NCBI GenBank assembly: GCA_028718565.1
Contig: JAQULO010000004.1
Coordinates: 3,148 to 67,147 of the forward strand
From: Syntrophales bacterium
GTDB lineage: Bacteria; Desulfobacterota; Syntrophia; Syntrophales; UBA2210
Reading direction: 5' to 3'
Length of the DNA stretch: 64,000 nt
Shown here in pieces: positions 29,070 to 39,303 of the stretch. How positions within the stretch are numbered: position 1 is the stretch's first letter; every line of letters starts with the position of its first letter. The position numbers and the translations under genes are program-made. The notes beneath the pieces were generated by a model. The model did no database searches. It had not been told where the DNA came from and was given only the letters and a program-made list of their open reading frames with translations.

Positions 29070-29408
29070 ATGGAGGGATGTATTTTTTGCAAAATCGTAC
29101 GCAGGGAGATTCCCGCTACTATCGTCTACGAGTCCGCGAATGCGCTGGCATTTGACGATGTCAATCCGATGGCCCCGGCACATGTGATTGTCGTGCCGAA
29201 GATACACGTGTCCACCTTTATGGATGTTAAAGACGAAGGCATGATGGATGGTCTGATGACGGCGGTGCAGGAGGTTGCAAAGATAAAGGGAGTTGCTGGA
29301 AAAGGGTTCAGGACCGTTATCAACTGCAATGAAGAGGGCGGCCAAGTAATCTTTCACCTGCATGTGCATGTCCTGGGTGGCAGGAAATTGAGTGATAATA
29401 TGGGGTGA
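29070..29408 (+). CDS. HIT-family (histidine triad) nucleotide-binding protein
   Basis: CIFCKI and HLHVHVLGG. Confidence 0.9.
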   Translation: MEGCIFCKIVRREIPATIVYESANALAFDDVNPMAPAHVIVVPKIHVSTFMDVKDEGMMDGLMTAVQEVAKIKGVAGKGFRTVINCNEEGGQVIFHLHVHVLGGRKLSDNMG

Positions 29409-29498
29409 CGGGGCAGATCTGCTTCCCCTGTGAAACAATGGCCCGGGCGATGGGCGGTCACCCTGCGGTACGGAAAAAGAAAGAGGTGTATAGCGGCA

Positions 29499-29942
29499 AT
29501 GGACATAAGAGACCAGGTATCGGACGCGATGATCAGGGCGGCCAAAGCCAAGGACAAGGAGACCTTGTCAGCGCTTCGAATGATAAAATCAACCTTGCAT
29601 AACAAGGAGATAGACCTCAAGAGCCAATTCGGTGAGCAGGAGATGCTACAGGTGCTCTCCTCCATGATAAAACAGAGAAAGGACTCCATCGAGCAGTTCA
29701 GACAGGGCGGTCGGCTCGAACTTGCCGCCAAGGAGGCAAGGGAGATATCGGTTATTCAAGGATTTATGCCTGAGCAATTGTCCGAGGAAGATATCCATTC
29801 ACAGATCGAACAGGCCATAGAAGAGGCCGGCGCGACCAGCATTCGGGACATGGGGAAGGTGATGAAGCTTCTGATACCCAGGGTGACGGGAAAGGCCGAC
29901 GGGAAGGCCGTTGGTGAGGCGGTCAAGGCGCGCTTATCATAA
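29499..29942 (+). CDS. GatB/YqeY-domain protein
   Basis: MDIRDQVSDAMIRAAKAKDKETLSALRMIKS; typical 147-aa size. It lies upstream of dnaG, as in many bacteria. Confidence 0.8.
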   Translation: MDIRDQVSDAMIRAAKAKDKETLSALRMIKSTLHNKEIDLKSQFGEQEMLQVLSSMIKQRKDSIEQFRQGGRLELAAKEAREISVIQGFMPEQLSEEDIHSQIEQAIEEAGATSIRDMGKVMKLLIPRVTGKADGKAVGEAVKARLS

Positions 29943-29988
29943 ATCGCCGGGCCCCAAACGTTACCGTGCCCAGAGAGGCAAGAGCATC

Positions 29989-31773
29989 TTGAAGGGACAT
30001 ATTCCTCAGGACAAGATAGGGGAGATTAAAAGCCGGGTCAGTATCGTCGAGCTTATTTCTGAATACGTTACCCTGAAAAAGGCCGGCAGAAATTTTGTCG
30101 GCCTCTGTCCGTTTCATAAGGAAAAGACGCCTTCATTCAGTGTCAATCCTGAGAAACAGATCTTTTACTGCTTCGGCTGCGGGGAGGGGGGGGACATCTT
30201 TGCCTTCCTGATGAAGATCAACGGAACCTCCTTTGCCGAGGCGGCACGACACCTGGCGAACAAGGCGGGGATACCCCTGCCGGTCGGGAGAATGACTGGT
30301 GAGGAGAGAGTCGGGGCAACCGAAAGGGAAAAACTGGGCAGGATAAACACGATGGCGGCGGAGTATTTCTCCATGCAGCTCTCTTCGGAGCGTGGCCGGC
30401 CGGCCCGTGATTACCTTGATGCGCGAAAGATGGGAGGTGCCATCGTCGGAGGGTTTCCTCTGGGGTATGCCCCGGAGGGGTGGAACAACCTTGCCTCCTA
30501 TCTTGAGGGGAAGAGGGTTCCCCTCGGACTTGCCGAGAGGGTCGGCCTTATCATATCTAAAGATACGGGCGGATTTTATGACCGGTTTCGCGGGAGGTTG
30601 ATCTTTCCGATAGAAGATCTGGGCGGCACGGTGGTGGCTTTCGGTGGACGGTCCATAGGCTCCGATACGCCGAAATATCTTAACTCGCCCGAGTCTCCCG
30701 TCTATACCAAGGGCAGGGTCCTGTACGGGATGTCTCGGACAAAGGATGCGATCCGCGACCGGGATTGTGCCATACTGGTCGAGGGGTATATAGACCTTCT
30801 TTCCCTGTGGAATGCGGGGGTGAGCAATGTCGTGGCGACGCTTGGGACCGCGCTGACCAGGGAACAGGTCGAACTGATCAGACGATTCACTCGGAATGTT
30901 GTCATTATCTTTGATCCTGATGAGGCGGGCAGGCATGCCGTGGAACGGAGCCTGAAGCTGTTTCTCGAGGAGAATATGCATGCCCGGGTTGTTGTTCTTC
31001 CCGAAGGGTATGACCCGGATGACTACGTTAAGGAGTACGGAGCAGCCCCCCTGGAGGAGGCTATTGTCCGTGCCCCGATGATGGTCGACTACTATATAGA
31101 TACCATCTTAGGCGGCAGAGATACCCTCGAAGACAACCTGGATACCATCAGAGACGCGGTATCATTCATAAGCCCGATCGGTGATCCGATTGAAAGGGAT
31201 CTGTTTATAAAGAGGGTGTCTGAAAGGCTCGGAATCGACCAGAAGCTCCTCAAGGATAAGGTGGAGAAAACGTCTACAGGCCGCAAGGTCCCCGGCCCTG
31301 TCCCGTCTCGGGAAAGGAGGCCGGGAAAAGGTGACATGGTGGAATTAACCCTTATCTATATGATGATGGAATATCCCGAAAAGCTTCCCATTGTGGCCCG
31401 TGAGGGGATTCTCGATTGCTTTGGATCGGAGGAGTTGAAAAGGCTGGGGCAGATGATAACCGGGGAGACGGGCGAGGTGACCTCTCTGGTCAGTGAGCTG
31501 GAAGATGGCCCGGTGAAGGATAGTCTCTTGAAATTGATGATGGAGCGGCCTTTCTCAGACAGGGAGATTGCCGACAGGTTTTTTGATGACAGCATTAAAA
31601 AGGTACGGAACAAATGGTACAAGGGAAGATATGCGCTTCTACAGAAGGACTTGAGCAGGGCTCAGCATACAGGTAACAGGGTGTTGAGAGAGAGCCTTTT
31701 GCGGGATATAGACAGGTTGTTAAAGGAAGAGAGAGGACTGGCCAACAATGAAAAAAGCGATCAAATTGGATGA
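29989..31773 (+). CDS. dnaG: DNA primase
   Basis: Zinc finger [13 protein letters not shown]...[10 protein letters not shown] and [17 protein letters not shown]...IFDPDEAG. The start is uncertain (TTG 29989 chosen; the ORF track has 29911). Confidence 0.9.
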   Translation: MKGHIPQDKIGEIKSRVSIVELISEYVTLKKAGRNFVGLCPFHKEKTPSFSVNPEKQIFYCFGCGEGGDIFAFLMKINGTSFAEAARHLANKAGIPLPVGRMTGEERVGATEREKLGRINTMAAEYFSMQLSSERGRPARDYLDARKMGGAIVGGFPLGYAPEGWNNLASYLEGKRVPLGLAERVGLIISKDTGGFYDRFRGRLIFPIEDLGGTVVAFGGRSIGSDTPKYLNSPESPVYTKGRVLYGMSRTKDAIRDRDCAILVEGYIDLLSLWNAGVSNVVATLGTALTREQVELIRRFTRNVVIIFDPDEAGRHAVERSLKLFLEENMHARVVVLPEGYDPDDYVKEYGAAPLEEAIVRAPMMVDYYIDTILGGRDTLEDNLDTIRDAVSFISPIGDPIERDLFIKRVSERLGIDQKLLKDKVEKTSTGRKVPGPVPSRERRPGKGDMVELTLIYMMMEYPEKLPIVAREGILDCFGSEELKRLGQMITGETGEVTSLVSELEDGPVKDSLLKLMMERPFSDREIADRFFDDSIKKVRNKWYKGRYALLQKDLSRAQHTGNRVLRESLLRDIDRLLKEERGLANNEKSDQIG

Positions 31774-33511
31774 AGTAAATAAACTTATCTCGCTGGGCAA
31801 GGGGAAAGGGTTCCTTACGTATGACGATATCAATGATATGCTGCCGTCCGACGTCATATTCTCAGAGCAGATAGACGATATACTGACTGTTTTCCATGAG
31901 AAAAACATTGAAGTTGTCGATGCCGAGCGGGATGGGAAGGATGCCGATAAACAGGAGGACAAGACCTATGAGGAGGAGAAAAGTATAAAAGATGAGATTC
32001 CCCCTCTACCGATGTCCGCCCTCGGGAAGACAGGGGATCCCGTTAAGATGTATCTGAGGGAAATGGGGTTTGTGTCCCTGCTCAGTCGTGAGGAGGAGGT
32101 CAGGATCGCAAAGAAGATTGAGAAGGGGGAAAAGAGGATCATGGAAGCCCTTTTCAGTCTGCCGATCTTTATAAACGAGGTTGTGGACATAGGTGAAAAG
32201 CTCAAAAGCGGCGAGATACGGATAAAGACGGTTGTTGATAATCTTGAAGACGAAAGCGGCTTTACCGAGGAGGATGTATATCTGGAACGGGTGCAGAAGT
32301 TTGCCGCAAAGGTTGCAAAGCTGGATGAACGCAATGCCGTTCTGAGGGCGGAACTGAAAGGGAAAAATCTAAGTGATGCTGAGGAAAAAGGCATCAGGGA
32401 TGAGTTGGGGAAAAATATCAAAGGGATTGTACGGCTCTGCAAAGATATCAATTTCAATAAGAGACGCATCAATGCGATGGTCCTCAAACTCAACGATGCC
32501 GTGGTCCACCTTAACAGGGGTGAACAGGCGATACAGAACTGTGTGGAGAAGGCGGGAGTATCACTCAACGCCCTGGATAAGCTCTTTGCCCGGATGAGAG
32601 AGGGGGAAGAAGAGCAGATTTTCCTGGAGACCGGAATCCCGATTGAAACGCTACAGGAGTACGAGAGGATAACCCGAGAGGCGCGTAACAGCAGGAAGAG
32701 GATAGCGGGACAGGTTGGTGTTTCCAAGGAAGTGTTGAAGAGAATAGTTACCTCCATAAAGGGAGGTGAGTCTGAGGCAAACCGGGCGAAGAGAAAGCTG
32801 ATAAAGGCAAATCTCAGATTGGTCGTCAGCACTGCCAAGAAATATACGAACAGGGGACTGCAATTTCTGGATCTCATCCAGGAGGGGAATGTCGGGCTGA
32901 TGAAGGCCGTTGAAAAGTTTGAATATCAGAGGGGATATAAATTCTCCACGTATGCGACATGGTGGATACGACAGGCCATCACACGGGCTATAGCTGACCA
33001 GGCACGAACGATACGAATACCGGTTCATATGATTGAAACCATAAACAAGCTTATCAGGACTTCGCGGTACCTGGTTCAGGAACTGGGGAGGGAGCCGACC
33101 CCTGCCGAGATCGCGGAGAAGATGGAATTCCCCCTGGATAAGGTGCGAAAGGTATTGAAGATTGCCAAGGAACCGATATCTCTGGAGACTCCCATTGGGG
33201 AGGAAGAGGACAGCTCTCTTGGGGATTTTATAGAGGACAAGAAGGTTATGTCCCCCTCCGATGCCACCATGAGCATGGATCTTGCCCAGCAGACCAGAAA
33301 GATACTGTCCACCCTGACGCCGCGGGAGGAGAAGGTCTTGAGGATGCGTTTTGGCATCAGCGAAAAGGCTGATATGAGGCCGCATCCTGAGAAGGATACT
33401 GTACAACATTCGGATGATGATGTGGAACGGGCTATGCAGATTGAAGACAATGTGCTTAAAAAGATGAGAGGGGCATCGAGAAGGAGAGAAATAAAGGGGG
33501 GAATCAAGTAG
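31748..33511 (+). CDS. rpoD: Primary-type RNA polymerase sigma factor with an aberrant region 4.2
   Basis: Regions 1.1 to 4.1 are canonical ([71 protein letters not shown]). The last ~45 aa deviate strongly from the conserved HTH; see findings. Confidence 0.85.
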   Translation: MKKAIKLDEVNKLISLGKGKGFLTYDDINDMLPSDVIFSEQIDDILTVFHEKNIEVVDAERDGKDADKQEDKTYEEEKSIKDEIPPLPMSALGKTGDPVKMYLREMGFVSLLSREEEVRIAKKIEKGEKRIMEALFSLPIFINEVVDIGEKLKSGEIRIKTVVDNLEDESGFTEEDVYLERVQKFAAKVAKLDERNAVLRAELKGKNLSDAEEKGIRDELGKNIKGIVRLCKDINFNKRRINAMVLKLNDAVVHLNRGEQAIQNCVEKAGVSLNALDKLFARMREGEEEQIFLETGIPIETLQEYERITREARNSRKRIAGQVGVSKEVLKRIVTSIKGGESEANRAKRKLIKANLRLVVSTAKKYTNRGLQFLDLIQEGNVGLMKAVEKFEYQRGYKFSTYATWWIRQAITRAIADQARTIRIPVHMIETINKLIRTSRYLVQELGREPTPAEIAEKMEFPLDKVRKVLKIAKEPISLETPIGEEEDSSLGDFIEDKKVMSPSDATMSMDLAQQTRKILSTLTPREEKVLRMRFGISEKADMRPHPEKDTVQHSDDDVERAMQIEDNVLKKMRGASRRREIKGGIK

Positions 33512-33512
33512 C

Positions 33513-33563
33513 AGAGGCCCGTACCGTGCGTGAAGGCATTAGAAAATGCCCCCCCTCTTTTTT
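33513..33563 (+). terminator. Probable rho-independent terminator after rpoD
   Basis: Hairpin GGCATT-AGAA-AATGCC nested in AGAGG...CCTCT, followed by T6 (33558-33563). Confidence 0.5.
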
Positions 33564-33575
33564 GTGGGACAGGTC

Positions 33576-33959
33576 TCAATCACAGGTGGCCACGGCCTCG
33601 ATCTCCAGGGGGGAATCTTTGGGTAGGCGGTTTACCGCAACACAGCTCCTCGCCGGGCGGGATTCTCCGAAATACTCCGTGTATACGGTGTTGAGCTGCG
33701 TAAAACAGTCCATATCTGTCAGAAAGATCGTGACCTTTATCACGCGGTCGAGGCTTGAGTTCCCTTCCTCCAGTATATACTTAAGATGATCAAGCGCTGT
33801 ACGTGCCTGGAGTTCGAAGGGACCTTTCACGATCTCTCCGGTTCCCGAATCAACGGGTATCTGCCCGGAGATGTAAAGCCAGCCGCCAGCCTTGACCGCC
33901 TGGGAATAGGCCCCTACCGGTTTGGGTGGTCCTTCGGTGTGAATAATCTGTCTGTCCAT
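33576..33959 (-). CDS. ridA: RidA/YjgF-family reactive intermediate deaminase
   Basis: [35 protein letters not shown]...[10 protein letters not shown]...[22 protein letters not shown] at 33959; the longer ORF-track N-terminus is unsupported. Confidence 0.9.
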   Translation of the reverse strand: MDRQIIHTEGPPKPVGAYSQAVKAGGWLYISGQIPVDSGTGEIVKGPFELQARTALDHLKYILEEGNSSLDRVIKVTIFLTDMDCFTQLNTVYTEYFGESRPARSCVAVNRLPKDSPLEIEAVATCD

Positions 33960-34089
33960 GGTGTTTTTACCCCCTTTCTCCGTTCCAACTGACAACAAGA
34001 TCGGAGAGATGTCAATCAAATAGTTGCAACAGAAGCGAGCCTTTGTTAAACGGCCCGAATATGTGATGAATGCCATGCCGGAAATTTTC

Positions 34090-35436
34090 ATGGAAAAGAT
34101 ACTGACAGTTACACAGCTGACCGAGGCCATAAAATATTTCCTGGAAACCAGCTTCGACGTCATATGGGTCACCGGCGAGATATCCAATCTCCGCCGGCCT
34201 GCCTCAGGCCACGTATATTGTACTCTGAAGGACGAGGCCAGCCAGATACGCGTGGTTGCTTTTAAGGGCACAACGAAAAAGATAGGCTTTGACCTTGAAG
34301 ACGGGATGAGGATCGTCTGCAGGGGGAGGGTGAATGTCTATCCTGCGCGCGGTGAGTATCAGTTCATTATAGATGCCGCAGAACCGAAGGGGCTTGGGGC
34401 CCTCCAGATGGCCTTTGAACAGCTCAAGGGGCGCCTGGAGAAAGAGGGGCTGTTCGACCCTTCCCATAAGAAGCAAATCCCTTTCCTGCCCGGAACGATC
34501 GGGATCGTCACCTCTCCTTCAGGTGCGGCCGTCAGGGATATCCTGAACATCACCGCCAGGAGGTTTCCGTCCGTCGATGTGATTATTTCCCCCGCAGCCG
34601 TCCAGGGGGCAGAGGCGCCTGCCGAGATATGCAATGCCATAGAGGACCTGAATGCAGTTGGTGTCGATGTCATTATCGTTGCCAGGGGAGGGGGATCGCT
34701 TGAGGACCTGCTGTGTTTTAACGACGAACGTGTAGTGCGGGCGATCTACGCCTCGAGAATTCCCGTCATCTCGGCTGTCGGCCATGAGATTGACTTTACT
34801 ATTGCCGATTTCGTGGCCGATCTCAGGGCTCCGACCCCCTCCGCCGCCGCGGAGCTGGTTGTCCCCGACAGGAGAGATCTGCTGGAACGAACGCAGAGAT
34901 TAAGATCGCGGCTGATACATGCCTGCCGAGTGTCACTGCGCGGATGGGAAACAAGATTTGGTTTTGTCGCAGAAAGCCTGCGTGATCCGAGGGGGCGGAT
35001 TGCGGATCTGCGTATGGGACTGGATGATCGGTATGCCAGGCTGGCGGGAGGGATGCGGCGCATCCTTGCAATGCGGGGAAGCGTTCTCCTTCCCTCACAT
35101 AGGATGCTGATGCGCCTGACTCCCACAGTTCAGGTTCGTGAATTGCGCCGAAGCGTTGAAAACTTGCGAGGAGGGCTGGAGACGCGAGCCTGGTCCTGCA
35201 TCGAGACCCTTCGCGGCATCCTTCAGAGAGATGTCTCTGTACTGGATTCACTCAGCCCCCTGTCCGTGTTAAAGAGGGGATTTGGTATCGTACGGTTGCC
35301 TGATGGAACCGTTGTCAGGGATGTGGGCCTGCTCGCGGTGAATGATAGCGTAGATGTGAAGGTTTCATCGGGGAGCTTCAAGGCACGGGTGACCACTATT
35401 TTACAGGAGCGAGGCAATGGCGGAAAAAAAGTTTGA
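34090..35436 (+). CDS. xseA: Exodeoxyribonuclease VII large subunit
   Basis: LTVTQLTEAIKYFLE..F..IWVTGEISN, and IGIVTSPSGAAVRDIL. Alternative starts lie at 34066/34075. Confidence 0.9.
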   Translation: MEKILTVTQLTEAIKYFLETSFDVIWVTGEISNLRRPASGHVYCTLKDEASQIRVVAFKGTTKKIGFDLEDGMRIVCRGRVNVYPARGEYQFIIDAAEPKGLGALQMAFEQLKGRLEKEGLFDPSHKKQIPFLPGTIGIVTSPSGAAVRDILNITARRFPSVDVIISPAAVQGAEAPAEICNAIEDLNAVGVDVIIVARGGGSLEDLLCFNDERVVRAIYASRIPVISAVGHEIDFTIADFVADLRAPTPSAAAELVVPDRRDLLERTQRLRSRLIHACRVSLRGWETRFGFVAESLRDPRGRIADLRMGLDDRYARLAGGMRRILAMRGSVLLPSHRMLMRLTPTVQVRELRRSVENLRGGLETRAWSCIETLRGILQRDVSVLDSLSPLSVLKRGFGIVRLPDGTVVRDVGLLAVNDSVDVKVSSGSFKARVTTILQERGNGGKKV

Positions 35437-35671
35437 GAAGGCCCTGGAAAAGCTGGAAGGGATTGTAAAAAAGATGGAAGTGGGTGATATGTCCCTCGAA
35501 GAGTCGCTCGCGGCCTTTGAAGAGGGGATCAAACTCTCCCGGTTCTGCACCGACAGGCTGGATGAGGCGGAGAGGAAGGTCAATATTCTTCTCAGAGAGG
35601 ATGATACGCTGCAGGTCAGGCCGTTTGAGGGAAGGGGTGGAGATGACAAAGCACCGGAAGATATCGCTTGA
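35417..35671 (+). CDS. xseB: Exodeoxyribonuclease VII small subunit
   Basis: FEKALEKLEGIVKKME.GD.SLEESLAAFEEG..L...C. Confidence 0.9.
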   Translation: MAEKKFEKALEKLEGIVKKMEVGDMSLEESLAAFEEGIKLSRFCTDRLDEAERKVNILLREDDTLQVRPFEGRGGDDKAPEDIA

Positions 35672-36545
35672 AGAGTATCTTGAGACGAGAAAAGAAATAG
35701 TTGACAGGGCCCTCGGCAGATACCTTCCGGAAGAAAGCGGACCCCTCTCCGAGATCTGTGAAGCGATGCGGTATTCCCTCTTCGCCGGGGGAAAACGGCT
35801 CAGGCCGGTGCTGTGTATGGCCTCGGCGGAAACGGTTGGCGGAAATGAACAAACCGTCCTGCCCTTCGCCTGCGCCATTGAGATGATCCATACCTATTCC
35901 CTGATACATGATGACCTTCCCTCAATGGATGATGATGATTACCGCAGGGGGAAGCCTACTAATCATAAAGTGTTCGGGGAGGGAGTAGCCGTTCTGGCGG
36001 GAGACGCCCTTCTCACAGAGGCCTTCCGTCTTCTTTCCGCGGTCCATCCTGGAATATCTCCCGAAACAACCCTGTCGATTATTCGCGAGATCGCCACAGC
36101 GGCCGGATTTAAGGGTATGATCGGTGGCCAAGTGGCGGACCTGAGGGCGGAGAGTAAAGAGGTGGACATGGGGCAGGTGCAGTACATACACACCCATAAG
36201 ACACAGGCACTGATAACCGTTTCCATCCGCGCGGGCGCGCTGATAGCCGATGCCGGTGAAGATGACTTAAGCGCTCTTTCGGAATATGGAAAGAAGACGG
36301 GGCTTGCCTTTCAGATAGCGGACGATATACTGGATATCGAAAGCTGTAGGGAGGTCCTGGGGAAAGATACCGGCAGTGACGAGGGGCGCGGCAAGGCGAC
36401 CTACCCCGCCCTGATCGGGCTTGAAGAATCCAGGAAAGAGATGCGAAGGCTGGTGGAAGGTGCGCTGTCTGAGGTAGAGCGTTTTGATGAAAGGGCCGAT
36501 CCCCTGAGGATGATAGCGCGGTTTATCGCCGAGCGGAAGTCCTAG
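35643..36545 (+). CDS. ispA: (2E,6E)-farnesyl diphosphate synthase / geranyltranstransferase
   Basis: First Asp-rich motif LIHDDLPSMDDDDYRRG and second motif FQIADDILD. ATG at 35643 overlaps the xseB end. Confidence 0.9.
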   Translation: MTKHRKISLEEYLETRKEIVDRALGRYLPEESGPLSEICEAMRYSLFAGGKRLRPVLCMASAETVGGNEQTVLPFACAIEMIHTYSLIHDDLPSMDDDDYRRGKPTNHKVFGEGVAVLAGDALLTEAFRLLSAVHPGISPETTLSIIREIATAAGFKGMIGGQVADLRAESKEVDMGQVQYIHTHKTQALITVSIRAGALIADAGEDDLSALSEYGKKTGLAFQIADDILDIESCREVLGKDTGSDEGRGKATYPALIGLEESRKEMRRLVEGALSEVERFDERADPLRMIARFIAERKS

Positions 36546-36594
36546 GGGGATACGTTCCGGCCGGCCATGAGCCCGGAACGCAGGAGAGATTAGT

Positions 36595-38484
36595 ATGGAT
36601 GAAAAAACAGGCATACTGGAGGGGATCAACAGCCCTGAAGATATTCGATGCCTCGGGATTGAAGAACTGAACACCCTTGCCGGGGAGATCAGGCAGGAGA
36701 TGCTGGAGGTAGTTTCCAGAAACGGCGGCCACCTTGCGCCTTCTCTGGGGACCGTGGAGCTTGCCCTCGCTATACATTACGTCTTCGACACGCCCCGGGA
36801 CAAGGTCGTCTGGGATGTGGGGCACCAGGCGTATGCGCACAAGATCATCACGGGCAGGAGGGATGCCTTTAACACCCTCAGGAAGATGGGGGGTGTCAGC
36901 GGGTTTCCCAAGAGGGGAGAAAGCGTCTATGACGCCTTCGGCGTGGGGCACAGCAGCACCTCCATCTCCGCCGCTTCGGGGATTGCCGATGCCCGGTGTC
37001 TCAAAGGCGATCATTTCAAGGTGGTCGCCGTCATCGGAGACGGCTCCATGACTGCCGGGATGGCATTTGAAGGTCTCAACTGGTCCGGGGAGCGGAAGAA
37101 GGACCTGATCGTGATACTGAACGACAATGAGATGTCTATCTCGCCGAACGTGGGGGCCATGTCGTCCTACCTGAATCGCGTCATGACGGGGCAACAGATT
37201 ACCCGGATGAGGGCAAAGCTTCATGACTTCCTGAAAACCGTCCCCGGTGTGGGTGAACAGATCATCAAGTTCGCCCGGAAGGCCGAGGAGTCTTTGAAGG
37301 GGTTTGTCGTTCCGGGGATGTTGTTCGAAGAACTGGGATTCCAGTATATAGGACCACTTGAAGGTCACCGGCTGGATCGCCTGATAAAAAATCTTCAGAA
37401 CGTACGGGCCCTGGAACGGCCCGTCCTGGTGCATGTTATTACCAAGAAGGGGAAGGGGTACCGATTTGCCGAGGAGGAGCCGTCCCGGTTTCACGGCATA
37501 GGACCGTTCGATATCGCTACGGGAAAATCCGTTGTCGCGGATAATTGCACGCCGTCCTACACGGAGGTGTTCGGCCGGACGATGGTACACCTGGCACGTG
37601 AAAATCCCGGCATCGTTGCGATTACGGCAGCCATGACGGGGGGAACCGGACTTGACCGGTTCGCACAGGAGCTTCCAGAACGGTTTTATGATGTCGGCAT
37701 TGCCGAGCAGCACGGTGTTACCTTTGCCGCGGGTCTGGCCACCGAGGGATGTGTACCTGTTGTCGCGATATACTCCACCTTTCTCCAGAGAGCCTATGAC
37801 CAAGTGCTCCATGACGTATGCCTTCAGAAGCTCCCCGTCGTATTCGCCCTTGACCGGGGGGGGATCGTCGGAGACGATGGTCCGACGCACCACGGCCTTT
37901 TCGATTATTCCTACCTTCGATCCATACCGAATATCGTTGTCATGGCCCCGAAGGACGAAAACGAGCTCCAGCACATGCTAAAAACGGCCGTGGAGTGTGG
38001 AGGCCCCGCCTCGATACGCTACCCCCGCGGCAGTGGCGTTGGCACTCTTCTTGATGAGGTGCCGGAGAGCATCGAAATAGGAAAGGCGCAGATCGTCCGG
38101 GAGGGGGCGGATCTGGTGATCATAGCGATCGGCTCCACGGTATATCCCTCCCTCGAGGCCGCCGAGAAACTTGCCGGGGAAGGGATCGAGGTGACCGTTG
38201 TCAACAGCCGTTTTGTAAAGCCTCTCGATAGGGTATTGCTTTGCGAGATGGCATCCTCTTTCAAAAAGATTGTCACCGTCGAAGAGAATGTTCTTATGGG
38301 CGGTTTCGGCAGCGCGGTCCTTGAATTATTTGAGGAGACGGGGATCTCGGGAGTTACGGTGAAGAGACTCGGCATCGGGGACATGTTCGTGGAGCATGGA
38401 ACACAGGCCGAGCTCAGGAAGCAACAGGGTATTGATGCACTGGGCATCGCGAAGGCTGTTCGAAAAATGATGGCCGCCTGCTGA
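36595..38484 (+). CDS. dxs: 1-deoxy-D-xylulose-5-phosphate synthase
   Basis: [43 protein letters not shown]. Confidence 0.95.
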   Translation: MDEKTGILEGINSPEDIRCLGIEELNTLAGEIRQEMLEVVSRNGGHLAPSLGTVELALAIHYVFDTPRDKVVWDVGHQAYAHKIITGRRDAFNTLRKMGGVSGFPKRGESVYDAFGVGHSSTSISAASGIADARCLKGDHFKVVAVIGDGSMTAGMAFEGLNWSGERKKDLIVILNDNEMSISPNVGAMSSYLNRVMTGQQITRMRAKLHDFLKTVPGVGEQIIKFARKAEESLKGFVVPGMLFEELGFQYIGPLEGHRLDRLIKNLQNVRALERPVLVHVITKKGKGYRFAEEEPSRFHGIGPFDIATGKSVVADNCTPSYTEVFGRTMVHLARENPGIVAITAAMTGGTGLDRFAQELPERFYDVGIAEQHGVTFAAGLATEGCVPVVAIYSTFLQRAYDQVLHDVCLQKLPVVFALDRGGIVGDDGPTHHGLFDYSYLRSIPNIVVMAPKDENELQHMLKTAVECGGPASIRYPRGSGVGTLLDEVPESIEIGKAQIVREGADLVIIAIGSTVYPSLEAAEKLAGEGIEVTVVNSRFVKPLDRVLLCEMASSFKKIVTVEENVLMGGFGSAVLELFEETGISGVTVKRLGIGDMFVEHGTQAELRKQQGIDALGIAKAVRKMMAAC

Positions 38485-38538
38485 CCCGCATGCGGGTCGA
38501 GGCGGTTCTCCCCCTCATCCCCTGAGGACCCGAATCAG

Positions 38539-39282
38539 ATGAAAACGAACCATCCTAAAGTCAGATTGGACAGACTACTGGTTGACAGGGGCATCGCGGC
38601 GACCCGTGAGAAGGCCCGGGCGCTCATTATGTCAGGTCTTGTGGTGGTCGAAGAGGAGCGGATCGATAAGGCAGGGACCCTTATTCGCGACGATGCCGGG
38701 ATACGGATAAAGGGAGGTTCAAATCCCTATGTCAGCAGGGGGGGGCTGAAGCTCGAGGGGGCACTGCGGTCGTTCGGTATTGATGTGAAGGGTTTCATGG
38801 CCGTGGATATCGGCGCCTCCACGGGTGGCTTTACCGATTGCCTCCTTCAGGGCGGAGCCAAGAAGGTATATGCAATAGACGTAGGATATGGCCAGATCGA
38901 CTGGAAACTCCGGACAGACAAACGGGTGGTACTCTTTGAAAAGACCAATATCAGGTACTTTTCAGGTGAGGGGATAGAGGAGGAGATAGACTTGGCGGTT
39001 ATCGATGTTTCCTTTATCTCCTTGAAACTGGTCTTGCCCGTCGCTGTCAGGATCATCGGCAAGGACGCCGTCATCGTGGCCCTGATCAAGCCGCAGTTTG
39101 AGGCCGGAAAAGGTGACGTTGGTAAGGGGGTCATCCGGGACCCTCGGCTCCACGAAAAGATTGTTGAGGAGATCGTGGCATTTTCGGTGGAGCTGGGCCT
39201 TGATGTAGTAGGGACCTGTGAGTCGCCAATTACCGGTCCGGCCGGAAACAGGGAATTTTTCCTGCATGCCCGGAAGCGATAA
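38539..39282 (+). CDS. tlyA: TlyA-family rRNA (cytidine-2'-O)-methyltransferase
   Basis: S4 domain RLDRLLVDRG and SAM motif DIGASTGGFTDCLLQ.GA. Confidence 0.9.
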   Translation: MKTNHPKVRLDRLLVDRGIAATREKARALIMSGLVVVEEERIDKAGTLIRDDAGIRIKGGSNPYVSRGGLKLEGALRSFGIDVKGFMAVDIGASTGGFTDCLLQGGAKKVYAIDVGYGQIDWKLRTDKRVVLFEKTNIRYFSGEGIEEEIDLAVIDVSFISLKLVLPVAVRIIGKDAVIVALIKPQFEAGKGDVGKGVIRDPRLHEKIVEEIVAFSVELGLDVVGTCESPITGPAGNREFFLHARKR

Positions 39283-39303
39283 CATCATGTATGGGGACGA
39301 ACA

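Noticed and set aside
26947-29408. His operon lacking hisH and hisF (order hisI-hisG-hisB-lipoprotein-hisA-HIT).
   Set aside because: Split his operons are common. The missing genes are probably elsewhere in the genome, so this is not evidence of anything unusual by itself.
33374-33511. Diversity-generating retroelement (DGR) as an explanation for the hypervariable rpoD C-terminus.
   Set aside because: No reverse transcriptase, template repeat or accessory gene is present anywhere in the window. An essential sigma factor is also an implausible DGR target. This is kept only as something to exclude in the finding.
36523-37974. A 483-aa minus-strand ORF antisense to dxs. Similar long antisense ORFs lie at 25979-26944 (hisG), 18102-19178 (ileS), 28090-28935 (hisA), 30133-30981 (dnaG), 31966-32877 (rpoD), 4242-4895 (purE), 21825-22490 (dctM) and 12101-12943 (ompA).
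   Set aside because: Each lies opposite a gene with unmistakable conserved motifs. The translations are R/P/G/S-rich low-complexity sequence without motifs, as expected for shadow ORFs in GC-rich coding DNA.
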